64,000 bases of DNA. Source: Gallionella sp. GTDB lineage: Bacteria; Pseudomonadota; Gammaproteobacteria; Burkholderiales; Gallionellaceae. Position numbers and translations under genes: made by a program. Shown in pieces: positions 17,756-28,105 of the stretch (position 1 is the first letter of the stretch; every line of letters begins with the position of its first letter). The notes below the pieces were generated by a model. The model was given only the letters and a program-made list of their open reading frames with translations. It did no database searches and had not been told where the DNA came from. The DNA lies in assembly GCA_030652475.1 (NCBI GenBank), contig JAUSAO010000003.1, forward strand, positions 12,960 to 76,959, given 5' to 3'.

Positions 17756-20356
17756 ATGCTTTTCACAGAGCATCCTGTCGTCCAGGACAAATTCCGGTTT
17801 GTCGCAAAACTGTTGCTCATCGCGCTGGCTTATTTCATCAGCGCTCAGTTGCGCATAACGCCCCCCTACTTTGACACCCACATCACACTGATCTGGTTAC
17901 CCACGGGCATTGCCGTGGCGACCTTACTGCGCTGGGGTTATGCCTATTGGCCGGGTATTTTTCTCGGTGCGGCAGCCAGCAATTTCTCCATTGATGCTTC
18001 ACCGTTGCTGGACATCAGCATTGCCTTGGGCAATACACTCGGTTCAATGCTGACCGTCTGGCTGCTGAGGCGGTTGAAATTCCATGGCGCGCTCCACCGC
18101 GCGCGCGACATCTTGTTTCTTGGACTGGCTGCCGCTGTCGGTGTACTGCTCAGCGCCAGTGGCGGGATAAGCAGCCTGGTGCTATTCGGCGTGTTATCCA
18201 TACAAAACGTCGGCACGGCCTGGCTGTCCTGGTGGGCAGGCGCTTTCGTCGGCGTGTTGCTCACGGCGCCACTGTTGCTCAACATCTCGCGCGCCGAGCT
18301 GTCCCTGTTATGGAAGCAGCGGATGGAATTTCTGATCTGGTGCATGACGACGCTTGCGGGTGGCGGGGTAATATTCGTGCTTAACAATGATGCCAACGGA
18401 AATTCCATGCCGCTGGTCTTCATGCTGTTGCCGCTGGTTGTCTGGCTAGCCATGCGCTTTGGAACGTTGGGTTCATCACTGGGTTTGCTGCTGCCGGTTT
18501 TCATCGCGATAATGGCGACCCGTTACGGGATGGGGCCATTTCACATCCAGGATACCCAGCAGGGCCTGCTCTTGATGTGGCTGTATCTTGTCACTATGCT
18601 GACGATAGGGTTGATGGTGCTGGCTCTGCAGGCGGAACGCAATCGTGCCGAGAAGGAACTTAAGGTCGCGCTACAACATGAGGCCGGAGCGCTCAATGAG
18701 TTACGCATCATGCTGGAGCGCTCAGGCGAGGGATACTGGAAGCTGGATCAAAGCGGCCACATCACCGAGGTCAATGATGCCTATTGCCATCTTAGCGGTT
18801 ATGCCAGAGACGAAATCATCGGCATGCATCTGGGGAAATTTGAAACCATCGAACAAGTTCCCGAGGCTGCCGCCCTGCATATCCAACATATCCTCGATCA
18901 GGGATACGACCGCTTCGAAACCATACACCGCCACCGTGACGGACATCTAATCGATATCGAGGTGTCCGTTTCCTTTATTACAGAAATGCATTGCCTGATT
19001 GCCTTTCTGCACGACATTAGCCAACGCAAACAGGCTGAGCGTGATATCCATCAACTGGCTTTTTATGATCCCTTGACCCAGCTAGCCAACCGCCGCCTGC
19101 TGATGGACCGTTTGCAACGCGCAATGGTGTCCAGCGCACGCAATGGCCAGCATGGTGCATTACTGCTTCTGGATTTGGATCATTTCAAAATGATCAACGA
19201 TACACAGGGTCATGCGACAGGCGACCTGTTGCTGATCGAAGTGACGCGCCGTTTACAAAACTGCACACGCGAGGGTGACAGCGTAGCGCGACTGGGTGGT
19301 GATGAATTCGTCGTGCTGCTGGAAGGACTGAGCAGCCAACAGGATGAGGCGGCAATACAGGCTGACAGGATTGCGGAAAATATACGCAGCGCGCTTAATC
19401 AGCCGTATCTGCTGAACGATTATGAATTCAATTCCACACCCAGCATCGGCATTGCTCTGTTCAACAGCCATCAGGAAAGTGTGGAAATTTTACTCAAGCA
19501 CGCAGATGTTGCCATGTATCAGGCCAAGTCAGACGGTCGCAACTCCATACGCTTCTTTGATCCGAAGATGCAAACGGCATTGGAGATACGCATCGCCATG
19601 GAAACCGATTTGCGTCATGCACTCGAAAAACAACAATTCCGTCTTTATTATCAGGTGCAGATGGACAATCACGGCAAGGCTATCGGCGCAGAAGTGCTGT
19701 TGCGCTGGCAACAGCCTGAGCGCGGTTTCGTATTTCCTGATCAGTTTATCCCGATGGCCGAAGAAACCGGATTGATCGTGCCTATCGGACTATGGGTATT
19801 AGCGACGGCCTGCGAGAAGCTCAAGACCTGGCAGCAAAATGTGCTGACCCGTGACTTGACTCTTGCAGTAAATGTCAGCGCCAAACAGTTCCATCAACCT
19901 GACTTTGTGGAACAGGTAAGTCGCGCATTACTGGAAAGTGATGCGAACCCGTCGCACCTCAAACTGGAACTGACGGAGAGCGCGGTACTGGGCAATATTG
20001 ATGCCACCATTGCCAAAATGCAGCAAATAAAATCACTCGGCGTGCGTTTTTCGATGGACGACTTCGGCACCGGTTATTCTTCGTTGCAATATTTGAAACG
20101 CTTGCCCTTGGCGCAAATCAAAATCGACAAATCATTTGTGCTCGACATCACCAACAATCCTGACGATGCCGCCATCGTCCAGACCATCATCGCGATGTCC
20201 AAGGCGCTGGGACTGAATGTGATTGCTGAAGGCGTCGAAACGGATGCCCAGCGTGCGTTTTTGGACCAGCATGGCTGTCACGCTTTTCAGGGATATCTAT
20301 TCAGCAAACCACTGCCTGTCGAGGAATTTGAGATGCGATTGAGCGGCTGGCTGTAA
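17756..20356 (+). CDS. MASE1-PAS-GGDEF-EAL diguanylate cyclase/phosphodiesterase
   Basis: N-terminal IWLPTGIAVA membrane domain, PAS (EVNDAYCHLSGYARDE), REGD I-site then GGDEF, EVL and DDFGTGYSSL; start uncertain. Confidence 0.9.
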   Translation: MLFTEHPVVQDKFRFVAKLLLIALAYFISAQLRITPPYFDTHITLIWLPTGIAVATLLRWGYAYWPGIFLGAAASNFSIDASPLLDISIALGNTLGSMLTVWLLRRLKFHGALHRARDILFLGLAAAVGVLLSASGGISSLVLFGVLSIQNVGTAWLSWWAGAFVGVLLTAPLLLNISRAELSLLWKQRMEFLIWCMTTLAGGGVIFVLNNDANGNSMPLVFMLLPLVVWLAMRFGTLGSSLGLLLPVFIAIMATRYGMGPFHIQDTQQGLLLMWLYLVTMLTIGLMVLALQAERNRAEKELKVALQHEAGALNELRIMLERSGEGYWKLDQSGHITEVNDAYCHLSGYARDEIIGMHLGKFETIEQVPEAAALHIQHILDQGYDRFETIHRHRDGHLIDIEVSVSFITEMHCLIAFLHDISQRKQAERDIHQLAFYDPLTQLANRRLLMDRLQRAMVSSARNGQHGALLLLDLDHFKMINDTQGHATGDLLLIEVTRRLQNCTREGDSVARLGGDEFVVLLEGLSSQQDEAAIQADRIAENIRSALNQPYLLNDYEFNSTPSIGIALFNSHQESVEILLKHADVAMYQAKSDGRNSIRFFDPKMQTALEIRIAMETDLRHALEKQQFRLYYQVQMDNHGKAIGAEVLLRWQQPERGFVFPDQFIPMAEETGLIVPIGLWVLATACEKLKTWQQNVLTRDLTLAVNVSAKQFHQPDFVEQVSRALLESDANPSHLKLELTESAVLGNIDATIAKMQQIKSLGVRFSMDDFGTGYSSLQYLKRLPLAQIKIDKSFVLDITNNPDDAAIVQTIIAMSKALGLNVIAEGVETDAQRAFLDQHGCHAFQGYLFSKPLPVEEFEMRLSGWL

Positions 20357-20380
20357 AACCTCAGGATACGTGTTACACCG

Positions 20381-23300
20381 CTAGCCATAAACCACGTTCA
20401 CATTTTCCGCGCCCAACACGGCGCGCAACTCCTTCAGCAGCTCATCATGCAGCGTCACCTGCCAGACTTCACCCAGCTGCAGCTGGCAATTTGCCACGGC
20501 ATTGCTGTAATTAATCAGCACCTTGCACTCCCCCTCGCGCCAAGGCGTGAGTATCTCCACCAGTTGCGCGGCTCTGGCGCTCTCATTGCAATTCAAGGCA
20601 AGATGTTGCGCAAAACGTGAGCGTGCCGTGGCGAAATCGAACAACTCCTCGCCGCTGACGCGCACATTGCCGGAATACTCGTCCAGACTGGCTTTGCCTT
20701 GCACCACCAGCAATTCGTCTTCCCTGATCCACGGACGGCTGCGCTCGTATTCCTCGTTGAATACCGTCAGTTCAATTTGGGCACTGCCATCGTCCAGCGT
20801 GATGACGGCCATGCGCCCGCGCCGCGTCTGCTGCAATCGCAGTCCGGACACGATGCCTGCCAATAATACCGGCACGCCGCGCCGTGCGCCGTAACCTCCA
20901 CCTGCACCGTTAGTCTTGCCGACGAAAGCCGGATTGAGATCGCCCAGCCCCACTCTGATAAAGTGCGTTAACTCCTGCTGATATTCCTGATAGGGGTGAC
21001 CGCCCAGATAAATACCCAGACTGACTTTTTCAAAGGCCAGTTGTTCACGCAATGTCCATCGCGGCACCTCGGCCTTCTGCTCGATCAGCACCGCATCGGC
21101 GTCATCTTCTCCAAACAGGCTGTCCTGATTGACGGCTCTGGCCTGCTGATCGGCACTGGCCAGTGCCGCATCGACACTGGCCATCAATGCAGCGCGATGA
21201 TCGCTGATGGCGTCAAACGCACCTGCCTTGATCAGTGCCTCGATGGTACGGCGGTTAACCGTGCGCTTGTCCACGCGTCGGCAGAAATCGAATAAATCCT
21301 TGAACGGCCCGCTCACCCGCGCGTTGACGATACCGGCGATCGCCGCCTCGCCCGTACCCTTGACCGCGCCCAGCCCGTAGGCAATGGTTTTTTCATCGGT
21401 GGGCGAAAACGCATAACCGGAACTATTCACATCCGGCAGCAGTATGGTGATGCCCTGCTGCAGCGTGTCCGCGTAGAAAGTGCGCACCTTCTCGGTATTA
21501 TCCAGATCGCCCGACAGGGTCGCCGCCATGAACGCCGCCGGATGGTGCGCCTTGAGGTAGGCAGTCTGATAAGCCACCAGCGCGTAAGCCGCCGAGTGTG
21601 ATTTATTGAAGCCGTAACCGGCAAACATTTCCATCAAGTCGAACAGGCGGGTGGCCAGATCCTTGTCGATGTCGCGCCCCACTGCACCGACCACAAAAAT
21701 ATCGCGCTGGCGGGCCATCTCCACCGGATCTTTCTTGCCCATCGCGCGGCGCAACATGTCCGCGCCGCCCAGCGTATAGCCGCCGATGATTTGCGAAATC
21801 TGCATCACCTGCTCCTGATACACGATCACGCCATAGGTGGGCTTGAGTGACACCTCCAGGTCGGGGTGAAAATAATCCGCTTCTGCCCGCCCGTGTTTAC
21901 GGTTGATAAAGTCGTCCACCATGCCGGATTCCAGCGGGCCGGGGCGGAACAGCGCGACCAGCGCCACGATATCCTCGAAGGTATCCGGCTGTAATCGCTT
22001 GATCAGATCCTTCATGCCGCGCGATTCCAGCTGGAACACGGCGGTGGTGTTACATGCTTTCAGCAGGTCGTAGCTGGCCTTGTCGTCCAGCGGCAGCGAT
22101 TCCAGCGCAAACGGCGCCGTACCGCCCGCCAGCCGTGCCACATGGCGCATCGCCCAGTCGATGATGGTCAGCGTGCGCAGCCCCAGAAAGTCGAATTTCA
22201 CCAGTCCGATTGCCTCGACGTCGTCCTTGTCGAACTGGCTAACCGCCTTGCCTTCCTCTGAGGCATGCGCATTTTCGGTGCAATACAGCGGGCAGAAATC
22301 GGTCAGTTGTCCGGGGGCGATCAACACGCCGCCCGCATGCATGCCGACATTGCGCGTCAGATCTTCCAGACGCGCGGCCAGTTCCAGCAACTCCGGCACG
22401 CCTTCTTCGCTCTCGGCTATCGCGTTGATCTCCGGCTCCGTCTCGCGCGCTTTCTTCAGCGAAACCGGCTTCACGCCTTCCAGCGGGATCAGCTTGGACA
22501 GACGGTCGCACAGACCATACGGAAACTCCATCACGCGACCGACATCGCGGATCACCGCCTTGGAAGCCATGGTGCCGAAGGTAGCGATCTGCGACACGCA
22601 GGCCGCGCCGTATTTCTTCTTCACATAATCGATGACCAGTTCGCGCCCGTCCTGGCAGAAATCCACGTCGAAGTCGGGCATGGATACGCGTTCTGGGTTG
22701 AGGAAACGCTCGAACAGCAGCTCGTAGCGCAACGGGTCAAGGTCGGTGATGAGCAGACAGTAGGCCACCAGCGAACCCGCTCCCGAACCCCTGCCTGGGC
22801 CGACCGGCACGCCATTGGGAAACGCCCCGGAACGGAATGCCTTCGCCCAGCGGATAAAGTCCGCCACAATCAGAAAGTAACCGGGGAAACCCATCTTGAT
22901 GATGGTATCCAGCTCGAACACCAGCCGGGCGTGATACTCAGGAAATTCTGCCGCACGCACCGTCTCGTCCGGATAAAGCAAGGCCATGCGCTGTTCCAGG
23001 CCGCGTTCAGACTCGCTGCGCAGGAAGTCATCCAGGCTCTCGTCATTCGGCGTAGGAAAATCCGGCAGGCTGGGCTTGCCCAGCACCAGCGAGAGATTGC
23101 AGCGTCGCGCGATCTCCACACTATTCTGCAACGCCTCGGGAAAGTCGGCGAACAGTTCAGCCATCTCAGCCTGTGTCTTGAAATACTGCTGCGGCGTAAA
23201 GGCCTTGACGCGGCGCTTGTCGTTCAGCACATAGCCTTCGGCGATGCACACCCGTGCCTCATGCGCCTTGAAATCCTCGACGCTCAGAAACTGCACCGGG

Positions 23301-23902
23301 TGCGTGGCCACCACAGGCAAATCGAGTTCGGCGGCAAGCAGCGTGGCGGCGTGTATATATTGTTCTTCATCGGCAAAGCCGATGCGCTGCACTTCGATGT
23401 AATAGCGGTTGTCGAACAGCCCGCCCCATTCCCCTGCAAACTGGCGCGCAAGCTCCGCATTACCCGACAGCAGCGCGCTGCCGACATCACCCAGATGTGC
23501 GCCGGATAAGGCAATCAGCCCGCTGGTGCCGTCCTGATGAAACCATTCGCGGCGCAACTCGGCACGATCATGGTACTGGTTGGAAAGATAGGCACGCGAC
23601 AGCAAACGGCACAGACGCAGATAACCCTCGCGCGACTGGCAGAGCAATAGCAGCCGGTATGGCCTGTCGCGGTCCGCCTCATTGGTGATGAACACATCAC
23701 AGCCGATCACAGGCTTGATGCCCTTGCCGCGCGCTTCCTTGTAGAACTTCACCAGACCGAAGAAATTGGAGAGATCGGTCAGCGCCAGCGCGGGCATCCC
23801 GTCGCCTTGCGCGGCCGCAACCGCCTCCTCAATACGCACCATTCCATCCGAAATGGAATATTCGCTGTGCAGACGGAGATGGATAAAAGCGGGTGACGAC
23901 AT
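20381..23902 (-). CDS. dnaE: DNA polymerase III alpha subunit
   Basis: FIHLRLHSEYS PHP motif, GPGRGSGAGS, ERVSMPDFDVDF, HAGG, GYGFNKSHS and C-terminal OB fold. Confidence 0.97.
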   Translation of the reverse strand: MSSPAFIHLRLHSEYSISDGMVRIEEAVAAAQGDGMPALALTDLSNFFGLVKFYKEARGKGIKPVIGCDVFITNEADRDRPYRLLLLCQSREGYLRLCRLLSRAYLSNQYHDRAELRREWFHQDGTSGLIALSGAHLGDVGSALLSGNAELARQFAGEWGGLFDNRYYIEVQRIGFADEEQYIHAATLLAAELDLPVVATHPVQFLSVEDFKAHEARVCIAEGYVLNDKRRVKAFTPQQYFKTQAEMAELFADFPEALQNSVEIARRCNLSLVLGKPSLPDFPTPNDESLDDFLRSESERGLEQRMALLYPDETVRAAEFPEYHARLVFELDTIIKMGFPGYFLIVADFIRWAKAFRSGAFPNGVPVGPGRGSGAGSLVAYCLLITDLDPLRYELLFERFLNPERVSMPDFDVDFCQDGRELVIDYVKKKYGAACVSQIATFGTMASKAVIRDVGRVMEFPYGLCDRLSKLIPLEGVKPVSLKKARETEPEINAIAESEEGVPELLELAARLEDLTRNVGMHAGGVLIAPGQLTDFCPLYCTENAHASEEGKAVSQFDKDDVEAIGLVKFDFLGLRTLTIIDWAMRHVARLAGGTAPFALESLPLDDKASYDLLKACNTTAVFQLESRGMKDLIKRLQPDTFEDIVALVALFRPGPLESGMVDDFINRKHGRAEADYFHPDLEVSLKPTYGVIVYQEQVMQISQIIGGYTLGGADMLRRAMGKKDPVEMARQRDIFVVGAVGRDIDKDLATRLFDLMEMFAGYGFNKSHSAAYALVAYQTAYLKAHHPAAFMAATLSGDLDNTEKVRTFYADTLQQGITILLPDVNSSGYAFSPTDEKTIAYGLGAVKGTGEAAIAGIVNARVSGPFKDLFDFCRRVDKRTVNRRTIEALIKAGAFDAISDHRAALMASVDAALASADQQARAVNQDSLFGEDDADAVLIEQKAEVPRWTLREQLAFEKVSLGIYLGGHPYQEYQQELTHFIRVGLGDLNPAFVGKTNGAGGGYGARRGVPVLLAGIVSGLRLQQTRRGRMAVITLDDGSAQIELTVFNEEYERSRPWIREDELLVVQGKASLDEYSGNVRVSGEELFDFATARSRFAQHLALNCNESARAAQLVEILTPWREGECKVLINYSNAVANCQLQLGEVWQVTLHDELLKELRAVLGAENVNVVYG

Positions 23903-24124
23903 GGCGTGGATATCAGAATGTTCAGCGGGGATTTTACCACCCCATATTTTTTCGCGTATCCGGAATTGGCACTTGAAATGCACAATGCCCGATATTTTCT
24001 CCATCTGAAAACAGCAGAATTATGTGGTATGAAATGACGGGCGGCCCACTACCGCAATCAATACAAAGCGTTGTTTAATGAACGTCACTGGTAGAATGCC
24101 GCCCACGCAAAAAAATTTGTCTCC

Positions 24125-25342
24125 ATGCAGCCCACACCCCTCACCCCGCAACGCGAACGTTATTTGCTGCTGACCCTGGCCGGCATGCAGTTCAGCCACA
24201 TCCTCGATTTCATGATCATGATGCCGCTGGGACCTATCCTGATGAAGGAATTTTCCATCACTACCCATGAGTTCGGCTTCCTGGTCGCCTCCTACAGCTT
24301 CAGTGCGGCATTGGCAGGACTGCTCGCCGCGACCTTCGTAGACAGGTTCGAGCGTAAGCGCCTGCTGCTGATCGTGTTCACGCTGTTCGGCCTGGCGACA
24401 CTGGCATGCGGCTTATCGCCCAGTTACGCGACGCTATTGTTTGCGCGCGGCCTGGCAGGCGCATTCGGCGGCGTTATGGGGGCGATGGTACAAACCCTGG
24501 TCGGCGATCTGATTCCGTTCGAACGGCGCGCCACCGCAAGCGGGGTCATTTCCGCTTCATTTTCACTTGCCACCGTGGCCGGTGTGCCGCTGTCGTTATG
24601 GCTGACGGACTACTTCCAGTGGCGTGCGCCATTCATTCTGATCGCCGGTACCACCGTGCTGTTCATCATTGTCGCACTGCGCCACCTGCCGGAAGTGCGA
24701 CATCACATCAGCCAGGACAAGCGCGCGCATCCGTTCTCGGCGATGTTCGCGGTATTGGCGGATGCCAATCATCTGCGCGCCCTGCTGTTTACCATGCTGA
24801 TTTTGTTTTCCGGCTTCACCGTAATTCCGTACATCACCGTTTATGCGGTCGCGAATGTCGGCATTTTACAACAGGATATTTTCTATATTTACCTGATCGG
24901 GGGCGCCGCAACCCTGATTACCTCGCGGCGGATCGGACGCTGGGCGGATGCGCGCGGCAAAGTAAAAATTTATCGCATCATGGCGGTTTCCGCGACGTTG
25001 CCATTACTCGCAGTCACTCATATCGGTACTGCGCCACTCTGGCTATGGCTGGTTTGCACCACGGCATTCTTCATACTGGTCTCGGGCCGCATGATTCCGG
25101 CGATGGCCATCATCACCTCGGCGGCTGAACCAAAACTGCGCGGTACCTTCATGTCGCTCAATGCCGCCATGCAGCAACTGGCTAGCGGCCTGGCAGCTAC
25201 GCTGGCAGGATTCATCACCACGCAAAATTCAGCGGGACAGATCATCGGTTATGACCAGGTTGGCTATGTGGCAATTTTTGCAAATATTCTGGCCATCGCG
25301 TTCGTCTCACGTATCGTGATGCACGATCAGCAGGTAAAATGA
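24125..25342 (+). CDS. MFS transporter (DHA1-like efflux)
   Basis: About 12 TM segments; motif A-like FVDRFERKR and GRWADARG. Confidence 0.85.
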   Translation: MQPTPLTPQRERYLLLTLAGMQFSHILDFMIMMPLGPILMKEFSITTHEFGFLVASYSFSAALAGLLAATFVDRFERKRLLLIVFTLFGLATLACGLSPSYATLLFARGLAGAFGGVMGAMVQTLVGDLIPFERRATASGVISASFSLATVAGVPLSLWLTDYFQWRAPFILIAGTTVLFIIVALRHLPEVRHHISQDKRAHPFSAMFAVLADANHLRALLFTMLILFSGFTVIPYITVYAVANVGILQQDIFYIYLIGGAATLITSRRIGRWADARGKVKIYRIMAVSATLPLLAVTHIGTAPLWLWLVCTTAFFILVSGRMIPAMAIITSAAEPKLRGTFMSLNAAMQQLASGLAATLAGFITTQNSAGQIIGYDQVGYVAIFANILAIAFVSRIVMHDQQVK

Positions 25343-25395
25343 CGGGCGCGATAATTCCGGTCAGTATCTTAAAATAGGCGACAAGCAAGGCGGGA

Positions 25396-25469
25396 TGGAG
25401 CGGGTGAAGGGGATCGAACCCTCGTCACTTGCTTGGGAAGCAAGAGCTCTACCATTGAGCTACACCCGC
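25396..25469 (-). tRNA. tRNA-Gly (CCC)
   Basis: Reverse complement folds as a cloverleaf: gcgggtg acceptor, D arm gctc/gagc, anticodon loop ttcccaa, T loop ttcgatc, encoded CCA; 74 nt. Confidence 0.96.
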
Positions 25470-25506
25470 CTGAAGGACTCGCATTCTAGCTTAGGCAAGG
25501 AGTAAA

Positions 25507-25716
25507 TTGAAAGTGATTACTGTTCACATCAACGGCGCAGCGCGCCAACTAAGCGATGCATGCAGCGTCGCGTCGCTGATAGCCGAACTGGGCTATACAG
25601 GGAAACGCATCGCGACGGAGCGCAACGGCGATATCGTGCCACGCAGCCGGTATGCTGAAACAGCCTTGGCCGAGGGCGACAGGCTGGAGATCGTGGTGGC
25701 GGTGGGCGGCGGCTAA
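25507..25716 (+). CDS. thiS: Sulfur carrier protein ThiS
   Basis: Ubiquitin-like, C-terminal EIVVAVGGG; AAGGAG RBS; start TTG 25507 or GTG 25513. Confidence 0.93.
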   Translation: MKVITVHINGAARQLSDACSVASLIAELGYTGKRIATERNGDIVPRSRYAETALAEGDRLEIVVAVGGG

Positions 25717-25765
25717 ACCCCGCGCAACAGAAGTATTTGTTCAATGTAATCAAAAGGATAACAAT

Positions 25766-26560
25766 ATGACCGACTCGCTCATCATCGCAGGAAAAAGCTA
25801 CGCATCCCGACTGCTGGTCGGCACCGGGAAATACAAGGATTTCACCGAAACCCGCGCGGCGCTGGACGCCAGCGGCACCGAGATCGTCACGGTCGCGATC
25901 CGCCGCACCAACCTCGGGCAGAATCCGAATGAACCGTCGTTGCTGGATGCCGTGCCGCCGTCTAAATTCACCTATCTGCCCAATACCGCCGGTTGCTACA
26001 GCGCCGACGATGCGGTGCGCACGCTGCGTCTGGCGCGCGAACTGCTGGACGGCCACAGCCTGGTGAAACTGGAAGTGCTGGGCGACCCGCAATCACTCTA
26101 CCCCAACGTGATCGAAACCATCGCCGCCGCCAAAACACTGGTCGCGGAAGGCTTTCAGGTGATGGTCTATACCTCTGACGACCCTATCATCGCCAAACAG
26201 CTCGAAGACATCGGCTGCGTGGCCATCATGCCGCTGGCCTCCCTGATTGGCTCGGGCATGGGCATACTCAACCCGTGGAATCTGCAACTCATCATGGACC
26301 GCGTCAGCGTGCCGGTGATCGTGGATGCGGGCGTGGGCACCGCCTCGGATGCCGCCATCGCGATGGAGCTGGGCTGTGCAGGTGTATTGATGAACACGGC
26401 CATCGCCGGTGCGCAGAATCCTGTGCTGATGGCCTCCGCGATGAAAAAAGCCACCGAAGCCGGACGTGAAGCCTTTCTCGCCGGACGTATGCCGAAAAAA
26501 CTTTACAGCGCCAGCCCGAGTTCGCCGACCGCAGGCATCATCGCCTCGGCACGCAGCTAA
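25766..26560 (+). CDS. thiG: Thiazole synthase
   Basis: [24 protein letters not shown] and [11 protein letters not shown]. Confidence 0.97.
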   Translation: MTDSLIIAGKSYASRLLVGTGKYKDFTETRAALDASGTEIVTVAIRRTNLGQNPNEPSLLDAVPPSKFTYLPNTAGCYSADDAVRTLRLARELLDGHSLVKLEVLGDPQSLYPNVIETIAAAKTLVAEGFQVMVYTSDDPIIAKQLEDIGCVAIMPLASLIGSGMGILNPWNLQLIMDRVSVPVIVDAGVGTASDAAIAMELGCAGVLMNTAIAGAQNPVLMASAMKKATEAGREAFLAGRMPKKLYSASPSSPTAGIIASARS

Positions 26561-26603
26561 ACCCTAAAACCTTATCTGCGGATAATATTTATCTTTTCAT
26601 ACT

Positions 26604-27284
26604 ATGACCGACGACCTAACCAAACGCCACATCCGCAGCTACGTACTCAGGCAGGGCAGGGTCACGGTCGCGCAACAGCGTGCCGTTGACACGCTGCAAC
26701 CCGTTTTCGGCATACCCTACAGCGTGCAACCGCTCGATCTGGCTCAGGCCTTTGGCCGCAGCGCACCCAAGATACTGGAGATCGGCTTCGGCATGGGCGA
26801 CAGTACAGCGCTCATCGCCAAAGACCATCCCGAAAACGATTACCTGTGCCTGGAAGTGCATACCCCGGGCGTGGGCAATCTATTCAAGGTGATGGACGAA
26901 CAGAAACTGACCAATATCCGCATCATCCAGCACGACGCGGTAGAAGTGCTGCGCGACATGATAGGCGAAGCTACGCTGGACGGCGTACACATCTTCTTCC
27001 CCGACCCGTGGCACAAGGCGCGCCACAACAAGCGCCGCCTGATTCAGGGGCCGTTCATCACAAAGCTGATGACCAAGCTCAAACCCGACGGCTATATCCA
27101 CGTCGCGACCGACTGGCAGGATTACGCCGAACAGGTGTTACAGGTATTGAGCGACGAGCCGCTGCTGGAAAACACCGCCACCGACTACGCCCCCCGCCCC
27201 GACTACCGCCCGCTCACCAAGTTCGAGAAGCGCGGCCTTAATCTGGGACACGGCGTGTGGGATCTGGTGTTTAAAAGGAAGTAA
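26604..27284 (+). CDS. trmB: tRNA (guanine-N7)-methyltransferase
   Basis: [37 protein letters not shown] and TKFEKRG. Confidence 0.97.
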   Translation: MTDDLTKRHIRSYVLRQGRVTVAQQRAVDTLQPVFGIPYSVQPLDLAQAFGRSAPKILEIGFGMGDSTALIAKDHPENDYLCLEVHTPGVGNLFKVMDEQKLTNIRIIQHDAVEVLRDMIGEATLDGVHIFFPDPWHKARHNKRRLIQGPFITKLMTKLKPDGYIHVATDWQDYAEQVLQVLSDEPLLENTATDYAPRPDYRPLTKFEKRGLNLGHGVWDLVFKRK

Positions 27285-27326
27285 CCACCGTAGGCTGGCG
27301 GTGAGGAACGAACCCCAGCTGGGCTG

Positions 27327-27626
27327 TTATACCAGATGAACCTCTACGCGCTTGCCCAGCGCGGCGGCGTATTTGCGCAAAGTGCTCAGGCTGGGCGAAT
27401 GTTTGCCGGTAGCCAGTGCACTCTCCAGCCTTGCGATGGCGGGCGCTTTTGTTCCCATACGTTCAGCGACCTGCGCCTGCGACAATCCAGCGGCACGGCG
27501 CGCAGCCAGTATCTCGTCCAGAATAGCGAATTCTTCACGGTTGAGGCGTTCGTGTTCAACACGAACCTCAGGATTTTCCAGCATCTTCGCGACCATCTGT
27601 TCATGCGTCATGGTTTCGGTTTTCAT
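27327..27626 (-). CDS. XRE/HTH antitoxin (HigA-like)
   Basis: AARRAAGLSQAQVAERMGTKAPAIARLES HTH and SPSLSTLRKYAAALG; ATGA overlap with the toxin stop. Confidence 0.88.
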   Translation of the reverse strand: MKTETMTHEQMVAKMLENPEVRVEHERLNREEFAILDEILAARRAAGLSQAQVAERMGTKAPAIARLESALATGKHSPSLSTLRKYAAALGKRVEVHLV

Positions 27627-27946
27627 TTCCTTATCTCCTTCATTCTTTCTTCGGCAATCCGGCGCTCCCTGATCGGCGTTTTCTGCGATTTCTTCACAAA
27701 GGTATGCAACATGACGATACGGCGACCCACCAGTGTGCAATAAAACACCCGTGCGACACCTTCAGCACCCTTGAGACGCAACTCGAACAATCCGCCGCCA
27801 AATGCTTTCGTGTGTGGCTCGCCCAGATTCGCGCCATATTCCATCATTCGCACAGTCAGCCCGATATAACGCGCCTGCAAAGTCGCAGGCAATACCATAA
27901 TTTCGGCTTGCACCGCATCGTTGTAATAGGTGATGGTATAGGACAT
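27623..27946 (-). CDS. RelE/ParE-superfamily toxin (HigB / Gp49-like)
   Basis: [10 protein letters not shown]...GLFELRLKG...RVFY...[15 protein letters not shown] pattern; toxin-first order. Confidence 0.88.
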   Translation of the reverse strand: MSYTITYYNDAVQAEIMVLPATLQARYIGLTVRMMEYGANLGEPHTKAFGGGLFELRLKGAEGVARVFYCTLVGRRIVMLHTFVKKSQKTPIRERRIAEERMKEIRK

Positions 27947-27955
27947 GCGCAAATA

Positions 27956-27971
27956 ATAACAAATATGTTAT
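27956..27971. promoter_or_regulatory. Palindromic putative antitoxin operator
   Basis: ataaca-aata-tgttat, 10-25 bp upstream of the toxin ATG. Confidence 0.55.
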
Positions 27972-28105
27972 CAAAATTCAAGTTCGCCCCGACTACCGCC
28001 CGCTCACCAAGTTCGAGAAGCGCGGCCTTAATCTGGGACACGGCGTGTGGGATTTGGTGTTTAAGCGGAAGTAAGCACCTACCGTACTTCACCCTCTCAC
28101 AGCCT

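Larger units (their letters stand above)
27195..28074. mobile_element. Putative integrated mini-cassette: TA module between 90-bp direct repeats of the trmB 3' end
   Basis: Repeat copies at 27195-27284 and 27985-28074 share 87/90 bases; the interior holds only a toxin, an antitoxin and their promoter; no integrase is visible. Confidence 0.7.

Noticed and set aside
22817-22837. Short FRSGAFP insertion before NGVPVGPGRGS in DnaE
   Set aside because: Only 7 codons, with no convincing palindrome or intein features; probably an ordinary lineage-specific loop.
25396-25469. tRNA-Gly as a prophage or island attachment site
   Set aside because: No integrase, no duplicated tRNA 3' end and no foreign gene block is adjacent in the window.
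27627-27740. N-terminal extension of the antitoxin ORF given by the ORF track
   Set aside because: It overlaps the toxin gene; the ATGA-coupled start at 27626 with a GGAGA RBS is more plausible.
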